This document shows positions 30,698 through 40,498 of a stretch of 64,000 bases of DNA, piece after piece. Origin of the DNA: an uncultured Spirochaetota bacterium. Its GTDB lineage: Bacteria > Spirochaetota > UBA4802 > UBA5550. Both the position numbers and the translations under genes were made by a program. The stretch covers positions 128,001-192,000 of the forward strand of contig CAWHAA010000004.1 of the NCBI GenBank assembly GCA_963827275.1. Direction: 5' to 3'. Positions within the stretch are counted from its first letter, which is position 1, and every line of letters begins with the position of its first letter. Below the pieces are notes generated by a model. It was not told the DNA's origin. It saw nothing but the letters and a program-made list of their open reading frames with translations, and did not search any database.

Positions 30698-33001
30698 TCA
30701 GTCGGCCGGGGCCGGCGCCTGCCCGCCGCTGATGAGCCGGTACTGGGTAAGGAACTTGCCGGTCCGCAAAATGTAGTAGCGTGTCTCTATGAAGGGCGTG
30801 AATTCGGTGAAATAATCCATGTCGTCGCTCTTCATCTTATCAATCCACTTGCCCACGTTACCGGCCCCCGCGTTATAGGCGGCCACCACGTAGGGGAAGT
30901 TCCCCTTGAACTGGCGGAAGAGGCCTGCGATGTATTTGGCGCCGAACTGGACCGACGTGCAGGGATCGGTGAGGTCGTAGTTCTCCAGCTTCAGGCCGCG
31001 CGCAAGCCCTTTCGCCGTTGCCGGCATGAGCTGCATGAGGCCTGCCGCGCCGGCGGAGGAGACCGCCCGGTGGTTGAAGAGGGACTCGGCCTTCATCACG
31101 GAATAGATGACATTCGGTTCCAGCTCGTAGAGGCGGCCGTAGCGCTCCACGCATTCCTTGAAGGGCGCGGGGAAGAGGGCCGTGACCGACCCTTCCGGCA
31201 TGAGGGCGATGTTCTCCTTTAATTCAGCGAGCTTCAACAGCTCGAGAAAGGAGTAGACCTCCTGGTAGGCGTGGGGATATTGCCTGCTGTAATGGGCGAG
31301 CGCGATATGCCGGTCCCTGCGTGCCACGGCCGTCCCGGGGAGAAGGGCCAGCTCCCTGGCAATGCCGGCGTCGTAGCCGACCTGGAAGTATTTGCCGATC
31401 TCTTTCAGCGTGCCGCCGTACGAGGAGGATGTCTTCATCCCCGCTACCGCGTCCTCGAGCTCCCGGTAGCGCCGGACAACGGGCGCGTCAAGGTCGCCGA
31501 TGCGCGCACTCCTTTTCTGCATCGATTGCTCCTTGATAAAGAGGAGCAGGTGCAGGTAGAGCGCCGCGTCCATGTCCCCGCCGGCGACCGCCTTTTTGTA
31601 ATCGTCGGCAAGGGCCGCGCCGGACTCCCGGTCGGCGATCTGCTTCATGAGGAGCCAGGTGTAGGGGGAATCGGGGTTGATTGTCGCGATATCGCGGGCG
31701 GTTTTCAGCGCCCGTTGCTTGTCCCCTGCCGCAGAATATATCTTGTAGAGCCAGAACCTGCATTCATCAGAATGGCTCCCGTCCGGGAACCGCTTTACCG
31801 ATTCCCCGAGGTATTCGCCCGCCCGGGCCATGTTCCCGGCGCGCACCATTGAGCGGCCCAGGAGCCAGAGGAAGCGCCCTGCGTGGTCGTCAGAGTACCT
31901 CTCCTTGTATTGCAGCAGCGCCTGCTCGTACCCGGCCATCTTCCGTTCTTCCATGAGGCGCGCGGTGCGGTACATCGCGTCCTGCACGTGCGGCTCCGCC
32001 CCGGCAGCGATGATTTTACGGTACAGGGGGAGCGCATTCCCCTTTTTCCCCATATCCCATAGCTCGTCGGCGCAGGCCTTGGTAAGAGCGGCGGCAAGGG
32101 CCGCGTCTCCCGACTGCCCGCTGATGATCTGTTCAGCGCCTGTTACCCGGTTGTCGTGCGCGAGGGAGCGCACCAGCAGTGAGAGTGTCTCGGCCCGGTC
32201 GGCAGGCCCCGGCTTCAGCGTGCCAAGGAGCGCGGCCGCTTCCCCGTACCGGCCGGAAAAATAGAGCGCCCGTGCCAGGAGAAGGCCCTCGCCGAAATCA
32301 AGCGCGCTCCCCCCCTTCTTCATGATGTCCTGTATGAGCCCGGCCGCCGATGACGACTGCCAGCCCCGCGGATTTTCCGCTATGACCGACAGGTAGCTCT
32401 TCCGCGCGCCGGCCGGGTCCAGCTTTTTTTCAAGCACCGACCCGATCCGGAGATGAATGATCGACCGCGATGACGGGTCTCCGTATGCAGCGAGGAGCCG
32501 GTTCAGCACGGCAAGGGACCCGTCGTATTTCTTCAGCGCGGCGAGCGAGCGCGCTTTTACAAGCTGGCCGTCCCGGTAGAGCGCGCCGCCGCTCCGCGGC
32601 ATGAGGTCGATGAACTTCGGCACGTAGGCATGCTCCCCGTACTCCGAGAACAGCTCCGCAAGCTCGTACACGGCATCGCTGTAATAGGGCGATTTCAGGT
32701 GGAAGCCCTTTACGAACTGATATACCGGCTGCGGGAAGAGCCGGAGCTTCGTGTCGAAGTGGCTCCTGAAACAGCTGTTGGCGAAATGGCGCATTGCGTC
32801 TTTCAGCCTGGACTCCTTTTTGTACGCGACGCCGAGCATGAAATGCTCCGCGTACCCCTTCTCTCCGTCCGCGAGCGCTGCTATGACGCCGGCGGGGGGC
32901 GAGGTGAATCCGAGGACCGGGAGTCCCCTGTCGCTCAATGCAGGCGTGCTGCAGGAGAAGAAAAGGATCGATGCGGCGATACATGCGTTGCGTGGGTTCA
33001 T
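30698..33001 (-). CDS. Slt70-like lytic transglycosylase with TPR repeats (lipoprotein)
   Basis: KAESLFN, AVSSAGAAGLMQLMPATA, AYNAG and ETRYY. N-terminal FFSC lipobox. Confidence 0.92.
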   Translation of the reverse strand: MNPRNACIAASILFFSCSTPALSDRGLPVLGFTSPPAGVIAALADGEKGYAEHFMLGVAYKKESRLKDAMRHFANSCFRSHFDTKLRLFPQPVYQFVKGFHLKSPYYSDAVYELAELFSEYGEHAYVPKFIDLMPRSGGALYRDGQLVKARSLAALKKYDGSLAVLNRLLAAYGDPSSRSIIHLRIGSVLEKKLDPAGARKSYLSVIAENPRGWQSSSAAGLIQDIMKKGGSALDFGEGLLLARALYFSGRYGEAAALLGTLKPGPADRAETLSLLVRSLAHDNRVTGAEQIISGQSGDAALAAALTKACADELWDMGKKGNALPLYRKIIAAGAEPHVQDAMYRTARLMEERKMAGYEQALLQYKERYSDDHAGRFLWLLGRSMVRAGNMARAGEYLGESVKRFPDGSHSDECRFWLYKIYSAAGDKQRALKTARDIATINPDSPYTWLLMKQIADRESGAALADDYKKAVAGGDMDAALYLHLLLFIKEQSMQKRSARIGDLDAPVVRRYRELEDAVAGMKTSSSYGGTLKEIGKYFQVGYDAGIARELALLPGTAVARRDRHIALAHYSRQYPHAYQEVYSFLELLKLAELKENIALMPEGSVTALFPAPFKECVERYGRLYELEPNVIYSVMKAESLFNHRAVSSAGAAGLMQLMPATAKGLARGLKLENYDLTDPCTSVQFGAKYIAGLFRQFKGNFPYVVAAYNAGAGNVGKWIDKMKSDDMDYFTEFTPFIETRYYILRTGKFLTQYRLISGGQAPAPAD

Positions 33002-33008
33002 TGGCGTC

Positions 33009-33830
33009 TCATTGCATTTTCAGATATTCTTCGTATTCCTTGATCTCGAAAAGGTTGGGATTGTCCCAGGTCCTGTCAAAGAGGGATTTGTCGTCTTTTG
33101 ATTTGTAATAGTTGTCGGTATGCACGAGGAGATGGTACGCCCGGCGGTCGTCCGCCGAGGCGCGTCCGATGAGCTCGGCGAGCTCCTCGTAGCTTGAGCG
33201 GCCGAAGTCCTTTTTCTTCTCCTGCGAAAATTTTGTTTCGAGCAGCGAGAAGAGCGCGTAGCGCTTGCCGTGCTTGACTTTTTTTATCGCCTTTGAGTAG
33301 CGGTAGAGGCGCATCGAGTAGAGGCGCTCCTGGAAATTGTCAGCCATCACCATGTCGATCCGGGCGTCCTCTGTGTCCCGGTAGCCGAGGCGCAGGTAAT
33401 GGCGGGGGAGATACTGGTTCGATTTGACCACGCCGGGGGCGAACCCGTTGAGGAGCCGCTTTGCCTCACGGATGTCCCTGGCCAGGGTCGCCTGGTACAG
33501 GTCGATCAAAATTTTTTGCGCCTTGCGTATCTCTTCCCATGATTCGCCGAAGAGGAACTTCATGTACAGGGTCTGCGCGATCATGTCGCGTTGAACCGCC
33601 TCCTTGAAAAATTTTTTCTCCTCGTCCGAACCCATGTTGGTTATCGATGTGTTTATGAAGTAGAAAAAATAACGGTTGTCCTTGAGGCCCTTTTCCGCGT
33701 TCCTCTGCCTGCCGGCGTTCAGGCTTGACCTGGTCCTCTGCGCGTCCAGCTGCGGGGCGAACGCGATGATCGCGCATATGACGGCGGGGATCAGGATATG
33801 GCGGGATGGTCGTGATTTCATAGTTCTCAT
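33009..33830 (-). CDS. Secreted hypothetical protein (possibly OmpL37-like)
   Basis: Signal peptide and alpha-helical body. The resemblance to the leptospiral OmpL37 family is from memory only. Confidence 0.65.
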   Translation of the reverse strand: MRTMKSRPSRHILIPAVICAIIAFAPQLDAQRTRSSLNAGRQRNAEKGLKDNRYFFYFINTSITNMGSDEEKKFFKEAVQRDMIAQTLYMKFLFGESWEEIRKAQKILIDLYQATLARDIREAKRLLNGFAPGVVKSNQYLPRHYLRLGYRDTEDARIDMVMADNFQERLYSMRLYRYSKAIKKVKHGKRYALFSLLETKFSQEKKKDFGRSSYEELAELIGRASADDRRAYHLLVHTDNYYKSKDDKSLFDRTWDNPNLFEIKEYEEYLKMQ

Positions 33831-33884
33831 ACGGTATGTGCAGGTGCGCGCGCTCGGTACGGCACGGCCGACCCGGGGCGGGCA

Positions 33885-34847
33885 TCAGAGTTTGAATAAC
33901 ATCCCCTCGGTGGCGATATGTATCTTTGTCGTTTCGTTTTTGCAATTTTCGCCATGCTCGATCGCGGCCAGATAGTTTTCATGGAGCTTCGAGTCAGGGT
34001 ACGCCGGCTCGTGGTGCGTCAGAACGAGGTTTTTCACTTTCCAGCGGAGGCCGCAGTTGACCGCCATGGTGTAACTGGTATGTCCCCAGTCGAATTTCGT
34101 GAATGACTCGTCGAGCGTATACTGGGCGTCGATCACGAGCAGGTCGGCGAGCTGGAAGAAATCGAGGACCGCGTCATGGCCGTTTTCGAATATCTCGCCG
34201 GTGAACTCCGCGTCGGTGGCGAATATAAAGGTTTTGCCCGCCTGCCTGAAGCGGTAGGCGAAACTGCCGCCGGGGTGCTTCAGGGGGAAGAAATCGACGA
34301 CGAGGTCCTCCTCCAGCTGGAGTGGCTTCCTCTCCCTGACGTCCAGCTGGACATATTCCTTTGTCGATTCGGTTCCCTCGAAGGTCGCGGGGAAATAGGG
34401 CGCCCTCATCTGGTCCGTCAGGTATTTTTTCTGGTCCTTGAAGGGCGAGTAAAACTTGAGGGTGTTCCCCTTGATGTAAAGGGGAGTGAAGAAGGGGAGC
34501 CCCTGGATATGGTCCCAGTGGTAATGGGTCATGAAGATATCGACCATGCCCTTGCCGCGGCCGCAGTCCCCCTTCATCAGTTAATAGCCGAGGAGCCTCA
34601 TGCCGGAACCGCAGTCTATGATGTATATCTTCCCGCTGTTCGATTTGACGCTGACGCAGGTGGTATTGCCGCCGTAAACGTATTTCAGGTCGCTGGGAAG
34701 GGCCTCGATGAATTCCTGGACATCTGACGTGCCGTTAAGGCCGGCCTGGATGGCGAGTTCAACGATCTTCTGGATTTTCTTTGAATATTCGCTGTTTGTC
34801 GTTGGAGATGGAAGAGATCCCCGCACCCCCCACAGTTTTATCTGCAT
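33885..34847 (-). CDS. MBL-fold metallo-hydrolase interrupted by an in-frame TAA at 34581-34583
   Basis: WGVRGS, YGGNTTCV, IDCGSG, then THYHWDHIQG, HPG, TDAE, WGH, HHEP. Both ORFs are in the same frame: ggc tat TAA ctg atg. Confidence 0.88.
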
Positions 34848-35098
34848 GAACTGGTCCCTTTTATCAGTTTTGTGCCGTAGTGTGAGGCCGCCCCTCCGCG
34901 GCCAGAGCCCTATAGTATTATTCGGATCTATGCGATTGATTCACGCGTATTTAACATGGTGAATATTAATAAAAAAATTTCAATCAAAATACTGGCGTAC
35001 CGGTTAAAAAGAGCCTGTTTCACGGCGCCGGGCGTGCAACCGCCCCGGCGGGGTGATTTCAGGCTCTTTCAGGGATGGTGCGGGGCAGGGCCCCTGTG

Positions 35099-36346
35099 TC
35101 ACTCGTACACCTTCTCTTCGGTCTCGTGCGCGTTCGCTGCGTCATCTTCGACGTCCCGCACCCGCTCTTTCGAAAGGACCTTCTCATACTCCTTGTACCA
35201 TTCGTTCTGTATGATCATCTCCATGATCTCGTTGGTCCCGACCCAGATCATGGACAGACGGATGTCGCGGACGATCCGCTCGAGGGGAAACACGCTGGTG
35301 TAACCGATCCCCCCCATTGCCTGCATGCACTGGTTCGCGATGTCCCAGGCCGCTTCGGTGACGAACTTTTTCGACTGGGAGACCATCCGCCGGATGCGTC
35401 CCGGGTGGACGCTCCCTGAATCGACGGCCAGGCATGTCGTGTACACCATCGAGCGGGCCGCGTCAAGCGACAGGACGCAGTCCGCCACCTTGAACCCGAC
35501 CGCCTGGAAGTTTTTGATCGGCTGGCCGAACGCCTTGCGGCGGGAGGTGTACCGGGTCGCGATCTCGATCGCGGGGCGCACTGACCCGATTGTCATCGCC
35601 GCGGTGCCGAGCCGCTCGGGGATCATCATCCTGATAAAGACGTCGAAGCCGCCGTTGATGCCGTTCAGGGCGTAGCGCTCGGGGACGCGCACGTCGTTGA
35701 AGATCACCCTGCCGGCGCCGCCGCCGCGCACGCCCATGAGGCCGTAGATGTATTTCGATTCGACGCCCGCGGTACGCGGCACCATGAAGGCGGTCATGCG
35801 GCGGTGTGGGGGGCCTGCCGGGTCGGTGACCGCATAGACCAGGAACCAGTCGGCCCCCTCAGCCCCGACGATGAAGCGCTTCTGACCGTTGATGATCCAG
35901 TCGCCGCCGTCCTTTTTCGCCACCGTGGCGGCGCCGAAGAAGTCGGACCCGCCGCGCGGCTCGGTGAGCCCCTCGGCGGCGTAGACCTCGCCCTTGAGGA
36001 GGGGGACCACGACTTCCTGCTTCAGCTCCTCCGATCCGAACAGCGTTATGGCCTCGCACACGATGTCGGCGCCGACGCCCCAGAGGCAGGCGAGCGAATA
36101 GCTCGCGACGCCGATTTCCTCGGCGACGATCGAGTCATCGACCCAGGAGAGCCCGCGGCCGCCGTACTCCTTCGGGAGGCGGATGCCGAGCAGGTTGCGC
36201 CTGCCGGCTTCCTGAAGGTACTCGTGCGGGAACTGAATCCGCTCCGCGTCCATGGCGAGGATCATTTCCTTGGGCACCCATCGGGTGAAATCGCGGGCCT
36301 CGTCGCGCAGTTTTTTCTGTTCCGGGGTCATCATAAAGTCAAACAT
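35099..36346 (-). CDS. Acyl-CoA dehydrogenase
   Basis: LTEPRGGSD, INGQKRFI, RKAFGQPI, QAMGGIGY and IWVGTNEI. AAGGAGG RBS before the ATG at 36346. Confidence 0.95.
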   Translation of the reverse strand: MFDFMMTPEQKKLRDEARDFTRWVPKEMILAMDAERIQFPHEYLQEAGRRNLLGIRLPKEYGGRGLSWVDDSIVAEEIGVASYSLACLWGVGADIVCEAITLFGSEELKQEVVVPLLKGEVYAAEGLTEPRGGSDFFGAATVAKKDGGDWIINGQKRFIVGAEGADWFLVYAVTDPAGPPHRRMTAFMVPRTAGVESKYIYGLMGVRGGGAGRVIFNDVRVPERYALNGINGGFDVFIRMMIPERLGTAAMTIGSVRPAIEIATRYTSRRKAFGQPIKNFQAVGFKVADCVLSLDAARSMVYTTCLAVDSGSVHPGRIRRMVSQSKKFVTEAAWDIANQCMQAMGGIGYTSVFPLERIVRDIRLSMIWVGTNEIMEMIIQNEWYKEYEKVLSKERVRDVEDDAANAHETEEKVYE

Positions 36347-36481
36347 GGCAGGCCTCCTTTGAAAAGTGAAATGCATGAAAGCGGCGGGGAAGTGCCGGTG
36401 CGGGGGCGCGTGGCTCGGCCGCACCCGTTTCCGGTGCCCCATGAACAGGGTCAACCCGCTCTTTTAAAATTCAAGTCTTTT

Positions 36482-38089
36482 TCATTCAAGGAGAAGCGTG
36501 GCCGACGCCTCGATGCGTGATTGTATGGAGCGCGTTCCGGAAAAGCGGTGCTCGTACCCGACGGTGATCCTGCTCCCGCGGCAGCGCGACGTGATCCGGC
36601 AGGCGACGCTGTCCGATGTCGTATCGATGCTGGCCATGCGGCTTATTGAGTCGCGGAACGCGGCGCGTGATGCGTAGACCGGGTTCCCGGGTGAAATATG
36701 GTAGCGCGCATAGCGCAGGTCAAGGCGGAAAAAATGGAAGGCGCGGAGAGAGAGCCCGGCCCCGATTGACCCGGAATAGCGTGACCGCCCCTTCTTCTGG
36801 AGCGTCCCCCTGAGGCGCAGGCTGACCGATTTCATGATAAGGACCTCCGCCGATGATTTCAGGCGCAGGCTCCTGTCAACGCCGCGGTTGCCGCCCTCTT
36901 CGAGGTGGCTGACCGTCGCGGTGAACGAGCCCTTCCCCGGCGCGCGGTAGCTGATGAACGCGTCCTCGCGCACCGCGTAGGGCCGGTACCTCTCGTATCC
37001 CGCGACAGCGGCTTTTTTCTCGGCGAAGGATGCGCACCCCAGCGTCAGGCCGCGCAGCGGCCGCACGCCGATCTCCGCCATCCAGGATGTTTCAGCGCGG
37101 CTGTCCCCCGAGCTGTACGACGCGTAGAAGCCGCTGTCGGTGTGCTTGCCCGTGAAGGAAAGGGTGCATCCCTGGTGGCGGAATTTCAGCCCGAACAGGA
37201 CCCCGGTCCCGGATCTCCTCCGGCGCCCGCCTGCCGCGGTTGAATGGACGGCGTTCGGGAACCCTAATTCCATGAACATCTCGATTGCGTCGTCGCGATA
37301 GCGCGCGAAAAAGCCGTACGAGTATACAGACAAAACTCCCTCCGGCATGCCCCGGTCCCCGTAGTCCCAGAGCAGGCGCCGGGAGCAGGAGCGGTCGATC
37401 GACGTGTGGATGAAATATGACTGGAGAAGCAGGTGTCCGCCGATGCGCAGCATGACAATGCCGCCTGCGTCGCTGATTTCAACCGGCTCGGAATAGCGGT
37501 AGTCCTTCCGCGTCCTCAGGAGTATCGACGTGAAGGAGCTTCCCGTCACATCCGGAAGCGACCGGTCATTTCGCACAAAGCGCTCCCGTGATGAATAGAA
37601 CCCCGTGAGGGATAGTGACAGGGGCCCGAACGAGCCGGCCGGCCCCGCGGCTATGCCCCGGAAGGCATGAAGCGGGCTGCCGGAGCCGCAGGGGGAGGAG
37701 GGAGCGCCGTCGCTGACGACCGTTTTGCGCGAAAATGGATCGGGCACGGGCGGCTTTTTTTTACCCACCAGGAGCCCCGCTCCGAAATTGAGGTAGTAGT
37801 TTCCGATGGTGCACTCAAAATGGGGAGAGATGCCGCGCATGTCGATATACCAGGTAAAGCGGTCCTCCTTCCTGTCGCCGATATGCACGTGGGTGAAGCC
37901 GGCGGCGCTTTCGCCGAACGTGACTGTCGCCGAGTCCCGTATGAAGCGCATCTCGTTGCCGTCGTAATCAAGCGCGTCCTGCCGGTATTCCGTTTTTGCC
38001 GTGAAGCGCGTGGCCGGGGCCCCCGGCTCTTTCGCCTGCGCCGGGAACGTGGGGATGAGCACGGCCATGATCAGAGCGGCGCGGCGCAT
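36482..38089 (-). CDS. Large outer-membrane beta-barrel-like protein (related to FCB-type ComEA-associated barrels)
   Basis: Signal peptide (AQA), IGNYYLNFGAGLL and FRGIAA motifs, amphipathic beta strands through the C-terminus. Confidence 0.65.
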   Translation of the reverse strand: MRRAALIMAVLIPTFPAQAKEPGAPATRFTAKTEYRQDALDYDGNEMRFIRDSATVTFGESAAGFTHVHIGDRKEDRFTWYIDMRGISPHFECTIGNYYLNFGAGLLVGKKKPPVPDPFSRKTVVSDGAPSSPCGSGSPLHAFRGIAAGPAGSFGPLSLSLTGFYSSRERFVRNDRSLPDVTGSSFTSILLRTRKDYRYSEPVEISDAGGIVMLRIGGHLLLQSYFIHTSIDRSCSRRLLWDYGDRGMPEGVLSVYSYGFFARYRDDAIEMFMELGFPNAVHSTAAGGRRRRSGTGVLFGLKFRHQGCTLSFTGKHTDSGFYASYSSGDSRAETSWMAEIGVRPLRGLTLGCASFAEKKAAVAGYERYRPYAVREDAFISYRAPGKGSFTATVSHLEEGGNRGVDRSLRLKSSAEVLIMKSVSLRLRGTLQKKGRSRYSGSIGAGLSLRAFHFFRLDLRYARYHISPGNPVYASRAAFRDSISRMASIDTTSDSVACRITSRCRGSRITVGYEHRFSGTRSIQSRIEASATLLLE

Positions 38090-39363
38090 AGATCACGTGC
38101 CTTTTTCTTTTTATCCGCGTCAGTCCACCGCAGCGCGTCAATCCTTCCGGCAAGGGCCTCGCGCTGTCCCTGCGACGCCAGGTCCGAGAGCTCCAGCGCG
38201 GTGGACGCGGGAATGCCGAGGGCGAGCAGCTTTTTAAAGAGTTCTTTCCGGGCTTTGTCGATACGCTCCCTGTCACGGTACGCATCCGCGGGGCTTGGGG
38301 CATCGGTAGCGAGCCCGGTGGTATGCTCAAGGAGGCGGTCGATCTCCTGCTCCGACAGGCCTATCTGTAAAAGGCCGTTCCGCGAGAGCGGGCCGATGGT
38401 CTTCCTGTATTTCATCATGCGCTCGGCCATTGCCCTGTCGAGGCCGGGGACGGACTCGAGGGACTCCATGCCGCAGGCGTTGAGGTCTGTTTTTACGGCG
38501 GTGCGCCCGCCGCGCAGGCGGGAGAAGAGGTCGCCGTACGCGAGGGATTCCACCGGTATCTCCGCGGCGGCGAGTGTCACCCCCACTGAATGGGTGAATC
38601 CCAGGTGGGGGTGATATTTAAGGCCATACGAGGCTGACAGGTATTTATAGATGAACAGGAGCGCGGCGGTAAAGGTCCCCGTCTCGCGGGCGTATCCCAC
38701 CCTGACGGAAAAATATTTTAAGACATTCGCTGACGCCGAGACGCAGTGGACGTATCCGTTCGCGGTGCTGTTGCAGTTGTAGGCGAGCACAAGGCCCCTG
38801 AAGGGCTTGAGCGCGGCGCCGGCGCTCCAGTCGGGGGGGAGCAGGTCCCTCCGCGTCGTGACGAAAAGGGACCCGAGGTTCTCCTGCTGGAAGGCCAGGT
38901 CGATCCAGGTGAAGGGCGACAGCACCACCGAGCATCCGCCGTCAACAAGGTGGATCGTTTTTGTGACCTCCGGCGTGTTAATGGCAAGGTTGTAGTAGCG
39001 GACGCAGGCCCCGATTGAGATATACCTGACCGGCATATACCCGATCTCCGCCCCGGCGATGTTCTCGGCGTATTCTTCAAGGCCGAACCGGCTCCAGAAG
39101 GCCCGTACCCCGCATCCCTTCCCTCCGTAGCCCGCCCGGAGGGCCGATGAATAGAGGCCGGACATCGAATAGGGCATGCCCCCTGATATCGCCAGGTAGG
39201 GATACCGTATGGCGGGCAGGTAGGCGGGATTTGAAACCGCGTCGGGCAGCGACGAGTCGCCGGCGGCCTGGATGAACGGGAAGAGCGCCGCGGGCGGGGC
39301 CTCCCGGTAGTCGAAGGCGCAGATGGCGGCCCGCGCGATGAACAGGATGAGGGCTATCTTCAT
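38071..39363 (-). CDS. PorV/PorP-like beta-barrel fused to a C-terminal ComEA-type helix-hairpin-helix domain
   Basis: Signal peptide, SNPAYL, beta strands, HPHLGFTHSVGVT, then DLNACGMESLESVPGLDRAMAERMMKYRKTIGPL (HhH). TAATG overlap with the upstream gene. Confidence 0.72.
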   Translation of the reverse strand: MKIALILFIARAAICAFDYREAPPAALFPFIQAAGDSSLPDAVSNPAYLPAIRYPYLAISGGMPYSMSGLYSSALRAGYGGKGCGVRAFWSRFGLEEYAENIAGAEIGYMPVRYISIGACVRYYNLAINTPEVTKTIHLVDGGCSVVLSPFTWIDLAFQQENLGSLFVTTRRDLLPPDWSAGAALKPFRGLVLAYNCNSTANGYVHCVSASANVLKYFSVRVGYARETGTFTAALLFIYKYLSASYGLKYHPHLGFTHSVGVTLAAAEIPVESLAYGDLFSRLRGGRTAVKTDLNACGMESLESVPGLDRAMAERMMKYRKTIGPLSRNGLLQIGLSEQEIDRLLEHTTGLATDAPSPADAYRDRERIDKARKELFKKLLALGIPASTALELSDLASQGQREALAGRIDALRWTDADKKKKARDLCAAPL

Positions 39364-40391
39364 TACCGGTACCGGCTCACAATGATGTAGATCGTCTCCT
39401 CGTCGGAAGCGCGCAGGGCCGGGGACACGGCCTCTATCTTGCACAGGTACAGGCCGGTGTGCGTGGCGCGGCGCTGAAGCAGCGGGTTCCAGAAAAGCTT
39501 CGCAAGGCCCGGGTTCATCGAGGGGAAGGGCGGGGACTCATGGATGAGCGCGCCTGTCATGGAGAACACGCGGAGCTTGATAAAGCAGGGAACGAACACG
39601 AATACCGGGACCATGCCGCTGCCGAACAGCATGTGCCCCGGGATGACGGTTATTTTTTTTCTGAGTGCCTTGAACAGCCGTTTTCCCATGAACAGCGGCA
39701 CGGTGATGTTGGGGCAGCCGGGGGTCTGTATCGACGAGATCACCCAGTCCGCGGCGCTGTCAGTGTCGGGGCCGCCCTGCCGCGACACGCTTGCGTAGGA
39801 GGCCAGGCCGTCCGGGCCGATATTCACCGCGCACTCCTGGATGTTATCCGAGGCACAGGTGTCCCACTGCGCCTGCGAGAAGGCGGAGGTAAGGTATGAT
39901 GCGACGGTGTCATTGGGCGAGCCGTCGCGGTTGGAATAATAGACAAAGTCGATGATCCCGCCGTTCGACGGGTCGTCGTCGGTGTCGATCGCGACAACGC
40001 CCTCGGTGTTCCAGAGGCTCGCCGAATAGTTGGCGCAGTACACGTCTATATGGCCGTTTCCGTCGGTGTCGCCGGTGATATCGGTCTCATCCGGGACGTC
40101 GGGACGGGCGCAGTGGACGACGATGAAGCGGTCGTCGTACGGGGTCTCCTCCCTGTCGTAGCTGTAGATGGTGACGGGGTCCGCGGAGAGGGGCTCGCTT
40201 GCCCCGTAATACATGGTCACGTACAGCGAGGAGATATCCCTCTTTTCCTTTACCGGGCCGGCCATGGCCAGCTCCACCCAGTCGTCCTGCGTGTTGGTGG
40301 CGAATTCATTGATCAGGAGCGAGGCGTGGAGCCGTGTCCCGGCGAACAGTAACATGACAGCAAGAGCTGCAGAAATGAATGGTCTGCGCAT
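39363..40391 (-). CDS. Secreted lamin-tail-domain protein with a C-terminal FlgD/T9SS-CTD-like domain
   Basis: Signal peptide, LLINEF..DWVEL, TPGCPN, and C-terminal LRVFSMTGALI..FWN..TGLYLCKI..IIV. Confidence 0.72.
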   Translation of the reverse strand: MRRPFISAALAVMLLFAGTRLHASLLINEFATNTQDDWVELAMAGPVKEKRDISSLYVTMYYGASEPLSADPVTIYSYDREETPYDDRFIVVHCARPDVPDETDITGDTDGNGHIDVYCANYSASLWNTEGVVAIDTDDDPSNGGIIDFVYYSNRDGSPNDTVASYLTSAFSQAQWDTCASDNIQECAVNIGPDGLASYASVSRQGGPDTDSAADWVISSIQTPGCPNITVPLFMGKRLFKALRKKITVIPGHMLFGSGMVPVFVFVPCFIKLRVFSMTGALIHESPPFPSMNPGLAKLFWNPLLQRRATHTGLYLCKIEAVSPALRASDEETIYIIVSRYR

Positions 40392-40498
40392 GGCGTCTCC
40401 TTTTCATGGTGAACGAACGGGAGACGCCGATCGGGAAAAATATTATCGGGGAAGGATAAAATTACTGCGCAGCGGCGGGGACCGGCCCCGCCCGGCTG

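Noticed and set aside
34581..34583. Stop-codon reassignment or readthrough
   Set aside because: TAA terminates many genes here (prs, rplY, trx-region neighbours, ferredoxin). A single GAA-to-TAA change explains it.
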